Source of the DNA: Holosporaceae bacterium | Lineage (GTDB): Bacteria > Pseudomonadota > Alphaproteobacteria > UBA3830 | Length of the DNA: 64,000 bases | Assembly (NCBI GenBank): GCA_031288225.1 | Contig: JAITRU010000027.1 | Coordinates: forward strand, 9,740-73,739 | Reading direction: 5' to 3' | In this document: positions 27,851-38,951 of the stretch, one piece after another | Layout: the number at the start of each line of letters is the position of its first letter | Position numbering within the stretch: the stretch's first letter is position 1 | The notes under the pieces: model-generated | Databases searched by the model: none | Told to the model about the DNA's origin: nothing | What the model saw: the letters and a program-made list of their open reading frames with translations, nothing else | Program-made: the position numbers and the translations under genes

Positions 27851-30142
27851 ATGAAAAAGACTCTGTTGTTGGTATTAGGGTTGTATGTTCCTGAGGCTTT
27901 GGCTGATGTTGTTGATTCTGTTGCATTTGAGGGGCTTAATCTAGTGGAAAGCGGAGCCTTGGAAGAGTGCGTTGCAATAGCGCCGGGCAAGGAGTTTGGT
28001 CAATCCGAGATTGAAGCTACGATCAAAGCGTTATTTGCCAAAGGATTTTTTTTGGATGTAAAAATTGTAAAGAAGGGACAGACGCTGATTATTCGGTGTG
28101 TAGAAAGGTTGATGGTTAACAAAGTTGCATTCGAAGGTAACGATGCCGTAAAAGACGAGACGCTGAATGCGGTAGTTAATGGCCGAATAGTCGATGGTTG
28201 CATGTTGGCAAACCATTTGGTGAGGGATGTTATATCGGATGTTCAGGCGGTTTATGCTTCACTTGGTTATTATGCTGTGAAGATTACTCCAAAAATAATT
28301 AAGCATACCAACCAGAAGATAGATCTCATCTTTGAGGTAGACGAAGGATCCAAAACTACCGTCAAAAAGATATTGTTTATCGGGAATAAATTGTTTTCGG
28401 ATGATGAATTAAAAGATGTTCTTACATTGAAAGAAGAAAGGATATGGAGGTTTGGTTACGATGGCCACGTTTTTGCTGGAGAGAAAATTGCTGAGGATGT
28501 GAAAATCCTAACGGAATTTTACCATGATAATGGTTTTCCATTTTTTTCCGTGAAATTAGCTAGCGCAGAGATGGGGCATGATAAAAAATCCCACTATTGT
28601 ACTTTTATTGTGAACGAGGGTGATCAGTTCAAAATACAAAGTGTTTCGCTAAAATCGAAAGTGAAAAGAGTAAAGGCAAGTGGTTTTAAAAAATTTATAT
28701 CACTTAAATCCGGAGAGATATTCAATCAATCTTTGATCACCAAAAACAGAATTGATGTTCTCCGAGAAATTGCTTTGGAAAATAATCCCTTTGTTGATGT
28801 GTCGGTGCAGGTAGATTTCGATAAAGAAAAGAAAACTGCAAACATCAATTACATCATAGTAGAAAGACCGAAAGCCTTCATCGAAAAAATCGAAATTACT
28901 GGAAATGTTCGGACTCTTGACCATGTTATACGTCGAGAATTTTCGGTTCATGAGGGAGATCCGTTAAATATTTACAAAATGGAGAAAACAATTCAGACAT
29001 TAAATGGGATTGGTTATTTCTCCAATGTGAATGTACGAGAAGAAAAGGGGTCTTCTGAAGACAAAAGGGTGCTGATTGTTTCCGTGAAGGAAAAAGATAG
29101 CACCTCTCGCGTTAATTTTGGTCTAAGTGCAGGAGTTGTCGATGGGTTTGGTGGATTTGTCGGGTTTTCGGAGGATAATCTATTTGGTAAAGGCAGAACC
29201 GTAGGAGCTGACATATTTTGGTCCCAAAGACATCTTGGAGGCACAATGAATTTGTATGATCCGTATTTTATGGATCAAAATTTTGGTGCAGGCATAAAAG
29301 TTGGAATTGAAAAACTTTCCACCAGAAAGGACATAGATCAAAGCGTTTTGAACATGAAGTATATATCTCCCTACGTACGCTATGATATTACGAAAAACTT
29401 ATCACACATTGTGAGATATACTCTGTCTCATAATGATAAAAGCTGGTGGAATAGGACAGAGCGCCGAGCGTTGCAACGTCCTCCGGTCAATGCTTCCGGT
29501 GCCCTGATGGTGGATGAGTACGGAAAATTTACCAGTGGGGAGCTATCTTCAACGTTGATTTACGAAAATCTTGACAATCACTATGAGCCCCGCGATGGTT
29601 ATTCTGTTTCAATGAGCAATACCTACTGTGGTCTTGTCGGAAATGTTCGTTATTTAAAGAACGCAATTGGTTTTAAGTACTATTATCCACTTAGTAAAAA
29701 ATTTACGTTTATATTGGATGGCAATTTTGGATATCTGTACGAAATGAAAAATACCCGCACCTATCATAGATTTTTACTAGGTGGTGGAGATAGTGGTGGC
29801 ATGAGAGGATTCGATGTTGGCGGTGTTGGTCCGCGTGATGCAAATGAAAATAGTCTTGGTAGTAATAAGTTTTGGACCGTCAGTAGTGTGGTAAAGGTAC
29901 CTTTGTCATCTAGGGATATTGGTATAAATGGCATTGTTTTTCTTGATGTTGGTAGTGCGTGGGGTACAAAATATCATGGTGAAAACATAAACGACTCCAG
30001 CGCCATCAGAGCTTCTGCTGGAGTTGCCATAGAATGGACAAAGTCTCCATTTGGAATGCCAATGTCATTCGTATTTGGATTCCCTATCAAAAAACAGGAA
30101 TTTGATATGAAACGAGTATTTTCGATAAACGGCATTATGTGA
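27851..30142 (+). CDS. bamA: Outer membrane protein assembly factor BamA
   Basis: 763 aa with a signal peptide, repeated POTRA-like units (FEGN...), and a C-terminal beta-barrel ending in F-rich strands. Conserved position after rseP. Confidence 0.92.
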   Translation: MKKTLLLVLGLYVPEALADVVDSVAFEGLNLVESGALEECVAIAPGKEFGQSEIEATIKALFAKGFFLDVKIVKKGQTLIIRCVERLMVNKVAFEGNDAVKDETLNAVVNGRIVDGCMLANHLVRDVISDVQAVYASLGYYAVKITPKIIKHTNQKIDLIFEVDEGSKTTVKKILFIGNKLFSDDELKDVLTLKEERIWRFGYDGHVFAGEKIAEDVKILTEFYHDNGFPFFSVKLASAEMGHDKKSHYCTFIVNEGDQFKIQSVSLKSKVKRVKASGFKKFISLKSGEIFNQSLITKNRIDVLREIALENNPFVDVSVQVDFDKEKKTANINYIIVERPKAFIEKIEITGNVRTLDHVIRREFSVHEGDPLNIYKMEKTIQTLNGIGYFSNVNVREEKGSSEDKRVLIVSVKEKDSTSRVNFGLSAGVVDGFGGFVGFSEDNLFGKGRTVGADIFWSQRHLGGTMNLYDPYFMDQNFGAGIKVGIEKLSTRKDIDQSVLNMKYISPYVRYDITKNLSHIVRYTLSHNDKSWWNRTERRALQRPPVNASGALMVDEYGKFTSGELSSTLIYENLDNHYEPRDGYSVSMSNTYCGLVGNVRYLKNAIGFKYYYPLSKKFTFILDGNFGYLYEMKNTRTYHRFLLGGGDSGGMRGFDVGGVGPRDANENSLGSNKFWTVSSVVKVPLSSRDIGINGIVFLDVGSAWGTKYHGENINDSSAIRASAGVAIEWTKSPFGMPMSFVFGFPIKKQEFDMKRVFSINGIM

Positions 30143-30148
30143 TTTTAT

Positions 30149-30871
30149 ATGAACAGTAGATTTTTAACAATTTCTTTGGTCCTGTTAATTTTTGGTACTG
30201 TATCTCTTTACGTCTACAAGGAATTGGATTATAGCTCTGCGAGAAAAAAGCCGGAGAAGAAGGATAATAATCCAAGAAATGGGGCTTTGTCTTCCACATT
30301 TTCGACCGTAACTGCTTCCTTTGGAAGCGTCAATGACAGTGACAAAGCCGTTGTATCTGGCATGTCAGGTGTTGCCATTGTTGATATAAAGGAAGTCGCA
30401 TCAAAATCAATGGCAGGTAAAAGCATAGAGAAACAGTTGATTGAGATCAACAATAAATCAGAGAAGGTTTTTTCTGATTTGGAAGCTCGGGTAAAGAAAA
30501 TGGAATCGCAGCAAACATCTCCGGAAAATACCAGGAAGACTGAGGATATGAATGCCGTGCTTTATGAGTTAGTGCGTGATAGAAGACTGCAGATATCAAT
30601 GATCTACAAGGAAGCTATTGTAACTCTTCGGGAAAATATAAAAAAGGCCATTGCTGAGGTTTCACAGAATGAAAATATTAAACTTGTGATGGATTCTGAA
30701 GCAATTATCTATCATGCGGCAGATTTTTTGGATATTACAAAAGATGTCATAAAAGCAATGAATAAGATGTGTTCTGAAATAAGTATGAAATTGAAGAAGA
30801 AGAGATTGGCTAATATTGAAAGATTGAAAGATTTTTCGGAATTAAGTGAATTTGTTAATTCTGTTGATTAA
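30149..30871 (+). CDS. Skp/OmpH-family periplasmic chaperone
   Basis: Position between bamA and lpxD. Signal anchor plus a coiled-coil-like body (GKSIEKQL...). Confidence 0.7.
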   Translation: MNSRFLTISLVLLIFGTVSLYVYKELDYSSARKKPEKKDNNPRNGALSSTFSTVTASFGSVNDSDKAVVSGMSGVAIVDIKEVASKSMAGKSIEKQLIEINNKSEKVFSDLEARVKKMESQQTSPENTRKTEDMNAVLYELVRDRRLQISMIYKEAIVTLRENIKKAIAEVSQNENIKLVMDSEAIIYHAADFLDITKDVIKAMNKMCSEISMKLKKKRLANIERLKDFSELSEFVNSVD

Positions 30872-30873
30872 TT

Positions 30874-31917
30874 TTGATTGATTTGTATATGATAGACAGT
30901 GATTTTTTTGGCTATGCGAAACAAATTTTACTATCGGAATTGGCTACCATTTGCGATTTTAGGCTTGTAAGTGGCGGTGATTTTGTCGTTAAAAACCTTG
31001 CTACACTTAAGCAAGCCACCGATGATGAATTATCGTTTTTTGTAAATAGAAAATATCTGAATGATCTAAAAACAACCAAAGCCGGAGCCGTTATAATAGA
31101 TGAGAGAGATATCGCTAATCTTCCGAATGGTGTAATTGGTCTCGTGTCAGGTAATGTAATGGTCGGGCTTGCACGGGCGATTAATCTTCTGTTTGCTGAA
31201 GAACAATTCTCGCCCCATATTTCCCATCTGGCCCGTATTCATGAGAATGTGTTGATTGGATCCGGTTGTCATATAGGTGATTTTACTTTGCTAGGAGAAG
31301 GTGCAGAGCTTGGAAATAATGTTGTAATCGGAAGCAATTGCGTTATTGAAAAAAAGTGCAAAATTGGAGACAATTGCCACATTGGAAATAATGTTACTGT
31401 TTCTCATGCCATCATTGGGTATAGTACCACGATAAATTCCGGAGCTAGAATTGGTGAAGCTGGTTTTGGATTTATACCTACTGAATCCGAAGTTGTGCGA
31501 GTAAAACAGCTGGGACGGGTGCTAATCGGAAATAATGTGCGCGTTGGAGCTAATAGCACCATAGATAGGGGAAGCATCAGCGATACTGTCATTGGAGATG
31601 GTACCGTTATAGATAATCTGGTGCAAATCGGGCATAATGTTACCATTGGTAAGCGGTGTATCATCGTGGCACAGGTGGGAATAGCCGGTAGCAGCAAAAT
31701 TGGAGATAATGTTGTTTTGGCTGGTCAAGTAGGTGTTGCCGGGCATTTAGAAATAGGAGATGGTGCGGTAGTTGCATCCAAGAGCGGAGTTGCGTCCAGC
31801 TGTGAGCCAGGAAGTGTCCTTGGTGGTATTCCGGCTGTGGATATAGATGTTTGGAGGCGACAAGTTTCGTTCCTGAAAACTGCCGTTACTAAGAAAAAAC
31901 CATTAAATGAAGCATAA
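30874..31917 (+). CDS. lpxD: UDP-3-O-acylglucosamine N-acyltransferase
   Basis: Left-handed beta-helix hexapeptide repeats and a conserved N-terminal domain. Synteny skp-lpxD-fabZ-lpxA. Confidence 0.9.
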   Translation: MIDLYMIDSDFFGYAKQILLSELATICDFRLVSGGDFVVKNLATLKQATDDELSFFVNRKYLNDLKTTKAGAVIIDERDIANLPNGVIGLVSGNVMVGLARAINLLFAEEQFSPHISHLARIHENVLIGSGCHIGDFTLLGEGAELGNNVVIGSNCVIEKKCKIGDNCHIGNNVTVSHAIIGYSTTINSGARIGEAGFGFIPTESEVVRVKQLGRVLIGNNVRVGANSTIDRGSISDTVIGDGTVIDNLVQIGHNVTIGKRCIIVAQVGIAGSSKIGDNVVLAGQVGVAGHLEIGDGAVVASKSGVASSCEPGSVLGGIPAVDIDVWRRQVSFLKTAVTKKKPLNEA

Positions 31918-31994
31918 AATGCCTAACAGATGAAAAATTGGATTAGAAGTATGAAAAAAATAAAAATATTTTCTTCGATAAATTGGGATAGTTA

Positions 31995-32447
31995 GTGATG
32001 GAGTCGCACGATTCGATCAATTTAGATATGATTGAGATCAAGGATTGCTTGCCTCATCGCTATCCCATGTTGATGATCGATAGAGTAGAGAGTCTTGTAT
32101 TGGGCGAGAGCGCCGTTGGCGTAAAAAATGTTACCGCTAATGAGCCGTTTTTTCAGGGTCATTTCCCCGAAAAACCCATCATGCCCGGAGTATTTATTGT
32201 GGAAGCAATGGGGCAAACGGCGGGCGTAGTTGTAGCCAGAACCATGGGTTTGAAACAACGGGGATTGGTGTATTTTATGTCCATTGACAATGTACGTTTT
32301 AGAAAATTGGTGGAGCCGGGAAATGTTTTGCATTTGCATGTAAAAAAAGAGAGAAATCGAGAGAATGTATGGAGGTTCAGTGGCAAAGCTTTTGTGGACG
32401 ATTTCTTGGTAGCCGAAGCGGTGTTTACGGCCATGATAGTTTCATAG
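31995..32447 (+). CDS. fabZ: 3-hydroxyacyl-ACP dehydratase
   Basis: LPHRYPMLMIDRV and FFQGHFPEKPIMPGV motifs. Confidence 0.95.
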   Translation: MMESHDSINLDMIEIKDCLPHRYPMLMIDRVESLVLGESAVGVKNVTANEPFFQGHFPEKPIMPGVFIVEAMGQTAGVVVARTMGLKQRGLVYFMSIDNVRFRKLVEPGNVLHLHVKKERNRENVWRFSGKAFVDDFLVAEAVFTAMIVS

Positions 32448-32535
32448 TTTGCAGTATTTTTAGCTGATTGTTTTTTCAGTTCCGGATCGTTTTCCAGGAA
32501 AAACAACGCTGAAGTGTTCTTGGGAGGGAATAATT

Positions 32536-33324
32536 TTGATTCATCAAACAGCGGTGGTTTCTCCGGAAGCCAAAATTGGACAAAACGTAAAGATAGGTCC
32601 CTATGCGGTTATAGGAGCCGGTGTATGTCTGTGCAACAATGTTGAAATTTCTTCCCACGTGTGTGTGGATGGGATTACTATAATTGGTGAAGGTACAAAG
32701 GTATTTCCATTTGCTGCCCTGGGATTTCGCCCCCAAGATTTAAAGTTTAAAAATGAAAGATCCAGCCTTATCATTGGCTGCAATAATTCCATTCGTGAGC
32801 ATGTTACCATGCATCCAGGAACCGAAGGAGGAAGAATGCAGACAGTCATAGGCGACAACAACCTGTTCATGGTAGGTGTGCACATTGCCCATGACTGTGT
32901 TATCGGTAGCAATGTTGTGATGGGGAACAACGCAACGCTCGGTGGACACGTCGTCATTAATGACGATGCAATTATCGGTGGATTGGCAGCTGTGCACCAA
33001 TTTGTGAGAATAGGACGCTACGCCATCATCGGAGGAATGTCTGGAGTGGAACGGGATGTTATTCCGTATGGGTCCGTTAAGGGAGATAGAGCACATTTGG
33101 CCGGTGTTAATATTTTTGGGTTGAGAAGGATAGACATGGATAAACGCGAAATCATTGCCCTGAGAAAAGCATATAACATCATTTTTTTGCGGGCAGGAAC
33201 AGTATTTGATAATTTAAAAACTGCCGAAAGCATGTTTCGCGGCATGTCCTGCGTTGAAGAGGTTATTAGCTTCATGAGACAAAGAACCGATAGGTCTTTC
33301 TGCATGCCGAGGAATCAAATGTGA
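32536..33324 (+). CDS. lpxA: UDP-N-acetylglucosamine O-acyltransferase
   Basis: MIHQTAVVSPEAKIG start, hexapeptide repeats, C-terminal helical domain. Confidence 0.93.
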   Translation: MIHQTAVVSPEAKIGQNVKIGPYAVIGAGVCLCNNVEISSHVCVDGITIIGEGTKVFPFAALGFRPQDLKFKNERSSLIIGCNNSIREHVTMHPGTEGGRMQTVIGDNNLFMVGVHIAHDCVIGSNVVMGNNATLGGHVVINDDAIIGGLAAVHQFVRIGRYAIIGGMSGVERDVIPYGSVKGDRAHLAGVNIFGLRRIDMDKREIIALRKAYNIIFLRAGTVFDNLKTAESMFRGMSCVEEVISFMRQRTDRSFCMPRNQM

Positions 33325-34226
33325 AATGCCGAAGTAAGTCGCAAGGCAGTAACACAAAAAAATGTGCCGAATCAGCAGAGCAGGAATGTATAGGGATAGT
33401 ATGTGGTGGTGGAAATTATCCATTGCTCATTGCTCGGTTTTGTAGTAGGAAAAACATCAGATTTTGTCTTGTCCTCCTTAAAGGGTTTGCCGTTCTCAGT
33501 GACTACGCAGATTGTTCTGCAATCGCAGAGACTGTTGTTGATTTTGGAGAAATCGAGAAAGCGCTGAGTTTTTTTCGAAAGCACAGGGTGAAAAAAATTG
33601 CACTTGCCGGAACTGTGAAACGGCCGGATTTTTTCAAAATGTCCATGGATGCTACTGCTGCTTTCTGGTTATTAAAGTTAGGAAAGAAGATATTTTCCGG
33701 CGATGATGCTCTGCTCCGTGGCATAGCTGCTCTCCTGCAGCAGGAAGGATTTGAGCTAATAAATGGTACAGATCTCATGCTGGATGCATTCGTGCCAGTG
33801 GGAGTATGCACAGAGAAACATCCCACGGTTGCAGAGTATTGCGATATGAAAAAGGGATTTGATGTGGCAAAGGCGCTCGGAGGCTTAGATGTTGGGCAGT
33901 CAGTGATAGTGTGGAATGGTTTAGTTTTGGGTGTGGAATGTTTTGAGGGAACGGATGAACTCATAGAACGATGTGCCAGGCTTCGCAAAGTAGAAAATGG
34001 AGGAATTTTGATAAAAGCAGTGAAACCACAGCAAGATAGAAAACTTGATCTGCCAACCATAGGAAAAAACACGGTGAACCTGCTGCACAAGAATGGATTT
34101 TCCGGTGTTGCATTGGAAGCAGACGGATGTATCGTTCTTGAAAAAAAGCATGTAATCGGTCAACTCGATCAATTTGGCATGTTTTTATGTGGATGTGATA
34201 AGAAATTTTTGGATCAAATGTCGTGA
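33321..34226 (+). CDS. lpxI: UDP-2,3-diacylglucosamine diphosphatase LpxI (DUF1009)
   Basis: Lies between lpxA and lpxB as in alphaproteobacteria. Motifs: GIVCGGGNYPL, DVGQSVIV, and DLPTIG. Confidence 0.85.
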   Translation: MKCRSKSQGSNTKKCAESAEQECIGIVCGGGNYPLLIARFCSRKNIRFCLVLLKGFAVLSDYADCSAIAETVVDFGEIEKALSFFRKHRVKKIALAGTVKRPDFFKMSMDATAAFWLLKLGKKIFSGDDALLRGIAALLQQEGFELINGTDLMLDAFVPVGVCTEKHPTVAEYCDMKKGFDVAKALGGLDVGQSVIVWNGLVLGVECFEGTDELIERCARLRKVENGGILIKAVKPQQDRKLDLPTIGKNTVNLLHKNGFSGVALEADGCIVLEKKHVIGQLDQFGMFLCGCDKKFLDQMS

Positions 34227-35419
34227 AAAAAATTTTTATTGTGGCAGGAGAAGCATCTGGTGACTATATTGGTGGTAGATTGATGCAGGATATTAACTAT
34301 CTGGACAAAGATGTGAAATTCTGTGGCATCGGTGGAGATTGTATGAAGGCTGCTGGATTAAAAACCTTGTTTCCGGTGGAGGAATTGTCTGTTATTGGTA
34401 TATGCGAGGTAATTGGAAAAATTTTCCGCATCAACAGGCTGATTAATAAAACAGTTGCTGCAATTCTTCGCTATAAACCTCAGATTGTAGTAACAATAGA
34501 TTCTTCGGGATTTACGCATCGCGTTAATCGCAGATTGAAGAAACATTTTGCGCATGAATCATCATCTCTCCGCAGCGTACAACGGAGTCCATTCATCATA
34601 CACTACGTTGCGCCACCGGTGTGGGCCTGGAGGTCGTGGCGTGCAAAAAACATGGGAAAGTTTATTGATAAGTTGCTGACTTTATTTCCATTCGAACCAC
34701 CCTTGTTCAGCAAGTTTGCTTTGAAAACTGAGTTTGTTGGACATCCCATTGTTGGAGATACGGATTTTATCAAGCCTCACCCGAATAAACTTGGGGAATT
34801 TCAAAAAAACATCCTCAAAAGCGCCGGAGGCCCCGTAATTTGTCTATTACCCGGAAGCCGAATGTCGGAAATAGAGCGTCACATGCCAATTTTGAGGAAT
34901 TTTGTGCGTTTTATGACCGCAAAATACGCTGACGTGAAATTTATCATTTCAACCATAGCTCCTTTGGTGAACGAAATTAAAAAATACACGAAAAGCTGGG
35001 TTACAAGTCCCTTAGTTATCGCCGAAAAACATGAAAAAGTTCTGGCTTTGTATTCTTCTGATATTGCCGTAGCTGCATCCGGCACTGTGACACTTGAGCT
35101 TGCCAATACAAATGTACCATTCATCGTGATCTATAAAACCTCCGTCATTACCTATATTCTTGTGAAATTTTTGATAAAGATAAATCGTGTTTGCCTAATA
35201 AATATCTTGGCTAACAACGATGTGGTTCCGGAATTGTTACAGTGGCAATGCACAGCCGAAAATATTTTCCAACACGTTTGTGGATTGCTGCAGAATGCAT
35301 CTGCAGTGGAGCGACAGCGGAGATCATTTCAGAAAGTTATGGATTGCTTATGTCAAAAAAATCCTCGGCACGCTGCCGTGGAAGTTTTAAGTTCCGTGGG
35401 GTGGTATGGTAAATTTTAA
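34223..35419 (+). CDS. lpxB: Lipid-A-disaccharide synthase
   Basis: KIFIVAGEASGD N-terminus, PPVWAWR, LPGSR, and SGTVTLE motifs. Confidence 0.93.
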   Translation: MKKIFIVAGEASGDYIGGRLMQDINYLDKDVKFCGIGGDCMKAAGLKTLFPVEELSVIGICEVIGKIFRINRLINKTVAAILRYKPQIVVTIDSSGFTHRVNRRLKKHFAHESSSLRSVQRSPFIIHYVAPPVWAWRSWRAKNMGKFIDKLLTLFPFEPPLFSKFALKTEFVGHPIVGDTDFIKPHPNKLGEFQKNILKSAGGPVICLLPGSRMSEIERHMPILRNFVRFMTAKYADVKFIISTIAPLVNEIKKYTKSWVTSPLVIAEKHEKVLALYSSDIAVAASGTVTLELANTNVPFIVIYKTSVITYILVKFLIKINRVCLINILANNDVVPELLQWQCTAENIFQHVCGLLQNASAVERQRRSFQKVMDCLCQKNPRHAAVEVLSSVGWYGKF

Positions 35420-36386
35420 GAATGCTGCTATAATCGATCCCATCCCGGTTTTTCTTGCTCCCATGGCCGGCGTAACGGACGCTGTGTTTCGGGAATTGGT
35501 GTCATCATTTGGAGCCAGTGCCGTTGTATCTGAAATGGTTTCCAGTGAATCACTGGTGCGCCGTAGTAAAAAAACCTATACCAGATTGATTGGTGATAAT
35601 AATTTGCCGAAAATTGTGCAAATCGTTGGTGCTGATCCGAAACATATGGCTGAATCCGCCGCTATTAATGAAGATCTCGGAATCGACGCCATCGATATCA
35701 ACATGGGATGCCCAGCCAAAAAAATTGTGGCTAATGCATCCGGCGCTGCTTTGTTGAAAAATGAAGATTTAGCTGTGAGAATAGCAGAATCCGTTGTGAA
35801 TGCGGTAAAAATTCCGGTTTCATTGAAAATGAGATTGGGGTGGAGTGCGAGAAACATCAACTGTTTATCGTTGGCAAAAAAGTTTGAAGATGTTGGGGTA
35901 CAAATGTTATCCATTCATTGCAGAACTCGAGATCAAATGTACAGTGGCGTAGCCGATTGGTCTGCCATAGCTGAGTTGAGAGATATTTTGCGAATACCAT
36001 ATTTGTGCAACGGTGATATCCGCACTTCCCTGGACGCAATTGCGGCTATTCGGCAATCGCGATCAGTTGGAGTAATGGTGGGTAGGGCTGCTCTGGGGCG
36101 ACCTTGGTTGTTGAAACAAATGATAGATTTTTTGCATATGGGAACGTTAACTGCGGCTCCGGCTCTGAAGGAACAGCTGGAAATCGTTATGCTACATTTT
36201 CGCAATACTCTGGATTTTTATGGAAAGAAACGTGGTATTAGAATGTTCAGAAAGCATTTTTGCTGGTACAGCCATGGATTGCGGGGAGCCTCGGCTTTCA
36301 GAGAAAAAATAAACGTAAGCGACGATGTCGCTTTTATAGAAGATTATGTACACGATTTCTATCATAGACAAAATGGTGAGGTATAA
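35406..36386 (+). CDS. dusB: tRNA-dihydrouridine synthase B (NifR3 family)
   Basis: LAPMAGVTD, DINMGCP, and HCRTR motifs. Confidence 0.92.
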   Translation: MVNFKNAAIIDPIPVFLAPMAGVTDAVFRELVSSFGASAVVSEMVSSESLVRRSKKTYTRLIGDNNLPKIVQIVGADPKHMAESAAINEDLGIDAIDINMGCPAKKIVANASGAALLKNEDLAVRIAESVVNAVKIPVSLKMRLGWSARNINCLSLAKKFEDVGVQMLSIHCRTRDQMYSGVADWSAIAELRDILRIPYLCNGDIRTSLDAIAAIRQSRSVGVMVGRAALGRPWLLKQMIDFLHMGTLTAAPALKEQLEIVMLHFRNTLDFYGKKRGIRMFRKHFCWYSHGLRGASAFREKINVSDDVAFIEDYVHDFYHRQNGEV

Positions 36387-36637
36387 TGTCTGCTAAGGAA
36401 ATTTTGGAAAATGTCGAGCAGGGGTTTTCCAAAGAAATTGAGAAGCATCTGGAAAGGTACTTCACTTTCCATAACGGAGATGTTATTCCTCCTGGATTGT
36501 ATGATAGGATTCTAAAAGAGGTTGAGCGTGTGGTTTTCGAGGTGACACTTCGCCATGTTAATGGAAACCAGTTAAAAGCGGCAAAGATTTTGGGTATTAG
36601 CCGCAATACTCTTCGCAAAAAAACAATCCAGGATTAG
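36386..36637 (+). CDS. Small Fis-family / NtrC C-terminal-domain-like HTH protein (83 aa)
   Basis: The ATG shares one nt with the dusB stop (TAATG). LERYF...PPGLYDRILKEVERVVFEVTLRHVNGNQLKAAKILGISRNTLRKK matches the Fis/NtrC C-terminal HTH pattern. Confidence 0.8.
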   Translation: MSAKEILENVEQGFSKEIEKHLERYFTFHNGDVIPPGLYDRILKEVERVVFEVTLRHVNGNQLKAAKILGISRNTLRKKTIQD

Positions 36638-36719
36638 TGCTGTGGATTGTTAGGTGGGTTTGCATATATCTCTACACCAGCCTAATAAGAGATTGTAAAA
36701 ATTATGATCGAATAATTTC

Positions 36720-38930
36720 ATGAAAACACCTGATTTTCTTGTTTCTATATATAGTGTTGTTACAAAATCAAAGGTTCGTGATTTTTTTACGGTGGTATTT
36801 TTTGTATTATCCGTAATTTTTTGCTTTTCGACCTATGTAATATTGTCCAATATGGATGTATACAAAAAAAGCTCTCGGATCATAATAACGTTATTGCACT
36901 GTGACATAGTTTCTGTGTTAATACTGTTATTGCTTGGCAGTCATAAAATTACCGAGCTATGGCTTGACTGGAACAAAAAAGGATCACGTTTTACTCTGAG
37001 ATTGATAATTGTATTTTCCTTTTTGTCAATTGTCCCATCGGTCATGATGATTGTTTTTTCTGCGGTATTTTTTCACAATGGCATCGATTCTTGGTTCAAT
37101 GAGCGCAACAAAAGAGTACTAACCGAATCGCTAAATGTAGCTGAATCCTATATGGCTGAGCGAAAGAAAAATGCTCTGCTGGATTGTATGGAAATCTCCG
37201 AAATTATTCAGTATAAAATGGAAAAGTCATGGCATAATTATGAGTTGAATTTTAATAATGCTGCAAAAGAAATAGGATTTCTTCTGGATGATTTGTGCCG
37301 TCTTAAGGATGTAAAAGCTGCGATTATTTTGGATTCCTCTCTCAACGTCATTGCAAGGACCAAATATAGCGTTGCATTGTATTTTCTAAATATAAATTAC
37401 AGTGATCTTCAATATTGCATCGATAATGGCAATATTGTGCTCAGTAACCAAAGCAATGACAAACAAAGCATTGTAGCTGTATCATGCATTACGCACGGGG
37501 GAGACGAAGGTTATAGATTTTTAGTCATAAGAAAAAAACTTGATAGCAGCATACTAGCCCATGCAGAAAACACGCGAGCAGCATTCGATGAATATCATAG
37601 TCTTTTCAGGGAACGCAGATATTTGGAAATTTTATTTATTTTTATGTTTCTGGTTATGGGAATTCTTCTGCTGGTAGCGGCCATTGTTATTGCTCTAGTA
37701 TATTCATGGAGAATTATAAAACCTGTAAGTAATTTGATTGATGTATCGGAAAACATAATAAAAGGAAATACTGATGCCAGAGCCCATGAAGACTGCCACT
37801 ATGAAGAGTTGAGCATGTTGGCAAAGACATTTAACAACATGGTTGACAGGGTTAATTGCCAGCGCCAGGATCTCATAAAAATTAATCATCAATTGGATGA
37901 AAAAATGATGGTGACCAGCGGCGTGTTGGCTGGAGTTTCATCCGGAGTAATAGGGGTAGATAATGATGCTGTATTTATGTGGAATGCTGCGTCCGAAAAG
38001 CTTTTGGGAAAAAAGATAGGCTTTGGAGAATGCATATACGACGTTATTCCCAAAATAAAAGAAATCGTGTCTAGGGTATCAAATTCTGGGAATAATCCTA
38101 ATTCATTCACAGAGTGCGAAATTTATTATAGCAAAGGAAATGAAATGCTTATGTTTTTGGTGCGGGTAGAATTTATTGATATCGAAGATAAATCTCATCG
38201 CATGTTTGTGGTAACATTCGATGATCTTACCCAGATGATCCTCGCTCAGCGGAAGGCAGCGCTGTCGGATCTAGCTCGCCGAGTAGCGCATGAAATTAAG
38301 AATCCGCTAACACCAATTCAGCTTTCGGCAGAAATACTCAAGAGGAAATATCTTGCGCAAATTTCTACTGGCCGCGAAGCTTTTTGCAGACTTGTCGATG
38401 TTATCATTCGCCAAGTTGATGACATCAAGAGACTGGTGAACAGTTTTACTTTTTTTGCGCGCTTACCGGAATCTAAGCTAAAAAAATGTGACATAGTTGA
38501 AGTCTGCCGACAGGCGGTGTTTTTTATGCAAAATGCCACTGATATCAAAATTAATCTTAGCCATGACATTGACAACAGTTGCGCCATTAATGGCGATGAA
38601 CGACTGCTGCATCAATCCATTGTAAACATTATTCAAAATTCCATTAATGCGTTGAATATAACCGTAAAAGACGATAAAAATATTTGGGTTAGTGTAAGGT
38701 ACCAAAACCCCGATAAGGTATTTATAGTCATTGAAGACAATGGTCCTGGATTTCCCGAGGAAAAAATGGAGCAGCTGGCGACGCCTTACTTTACTCTTAC
38801 ACCGAAGGGAACCGGTTTGGGATTGGCAATCGTCAAGAAAATAATACAAGATCATAGTGGCGAGCTGCGATTTTCAAATCGCAAGACTGGTGGAGCTATG
38901 ATAGAGTTTGTACTTAATGCGTGGCGTTAA
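36720..38930 (+). CDS. ntrY: Sensor histidine kinase NtrY
   Basis: N-terminal TM helices, HAMP, PAS-like region, H-box RRVAHEIKNPLTPIQL, and an ATPase domain (DNGPGF, GTGLGLAIV). Confidence 0.9.
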   Translation: MKTPDFLVSIYSVVTKSKVRDFFTVVFFVLSVIFCFSTYVILSNMDVYKKSSRIIITLLHCDIVSVLILLLLGSHKITELWLDWNKKGSRFTLRLIIVFSFLSIVPSVMMIVFSAVFFHNGIDSWFNERNKRVLTESLNVAESYMAERKKNALLDCMEISEIIQYKMEKSWHNYELNFNNAAKEIGFLLDDLCRLKDVKAAIILDSSLNVIARTKYSVALYFLNINYSDLQYCIDNGNIVLSNQSNDKQSIVAVSCITHGGDEGYRFLVIRKKLDSSILAHAENTRAAFDEYHSLFRERRYLEILFIFMFLVMGILLLVAAIVIALVYSWRIIKPVSNLIDVSENIIKGNTDARAHEDCHYEELSMLAKTFNNMVDRVNCQRQDLIKINHQLDEKMMVTSGVLAGVSSGVIGVDNDAVFMWNAASEKLLGKKIGFGECIYDVIPKIKEIVSRVSNSGNNPNSFTECEIYYSKGNEMLMFLVRVEFIDIEDKSHRMFVVTFDDLTQMILAQRKAALSDLARRVAHEIKNPLTPIQLSAEILKRKYLAQISTGREAFCRLVDVIIRQVDDIKRLVNSFTFFARLPESKLKKCDIVEVCRQAVFFMQNATDIKINLSHDIDNSCAINGDERLLHQSIVNIIQNSINALNITVKDDKNIWVSVRYQNPDKVFIVIEDNGPGFPEEKMEQLATPYFTLTPKGTGLGLAIVKKIIQDHSGELRFSNRKTGGAMIEFVLNAWR

Positions 38931-38951
38931 TTTTTTTTGGTGTGATGGTGC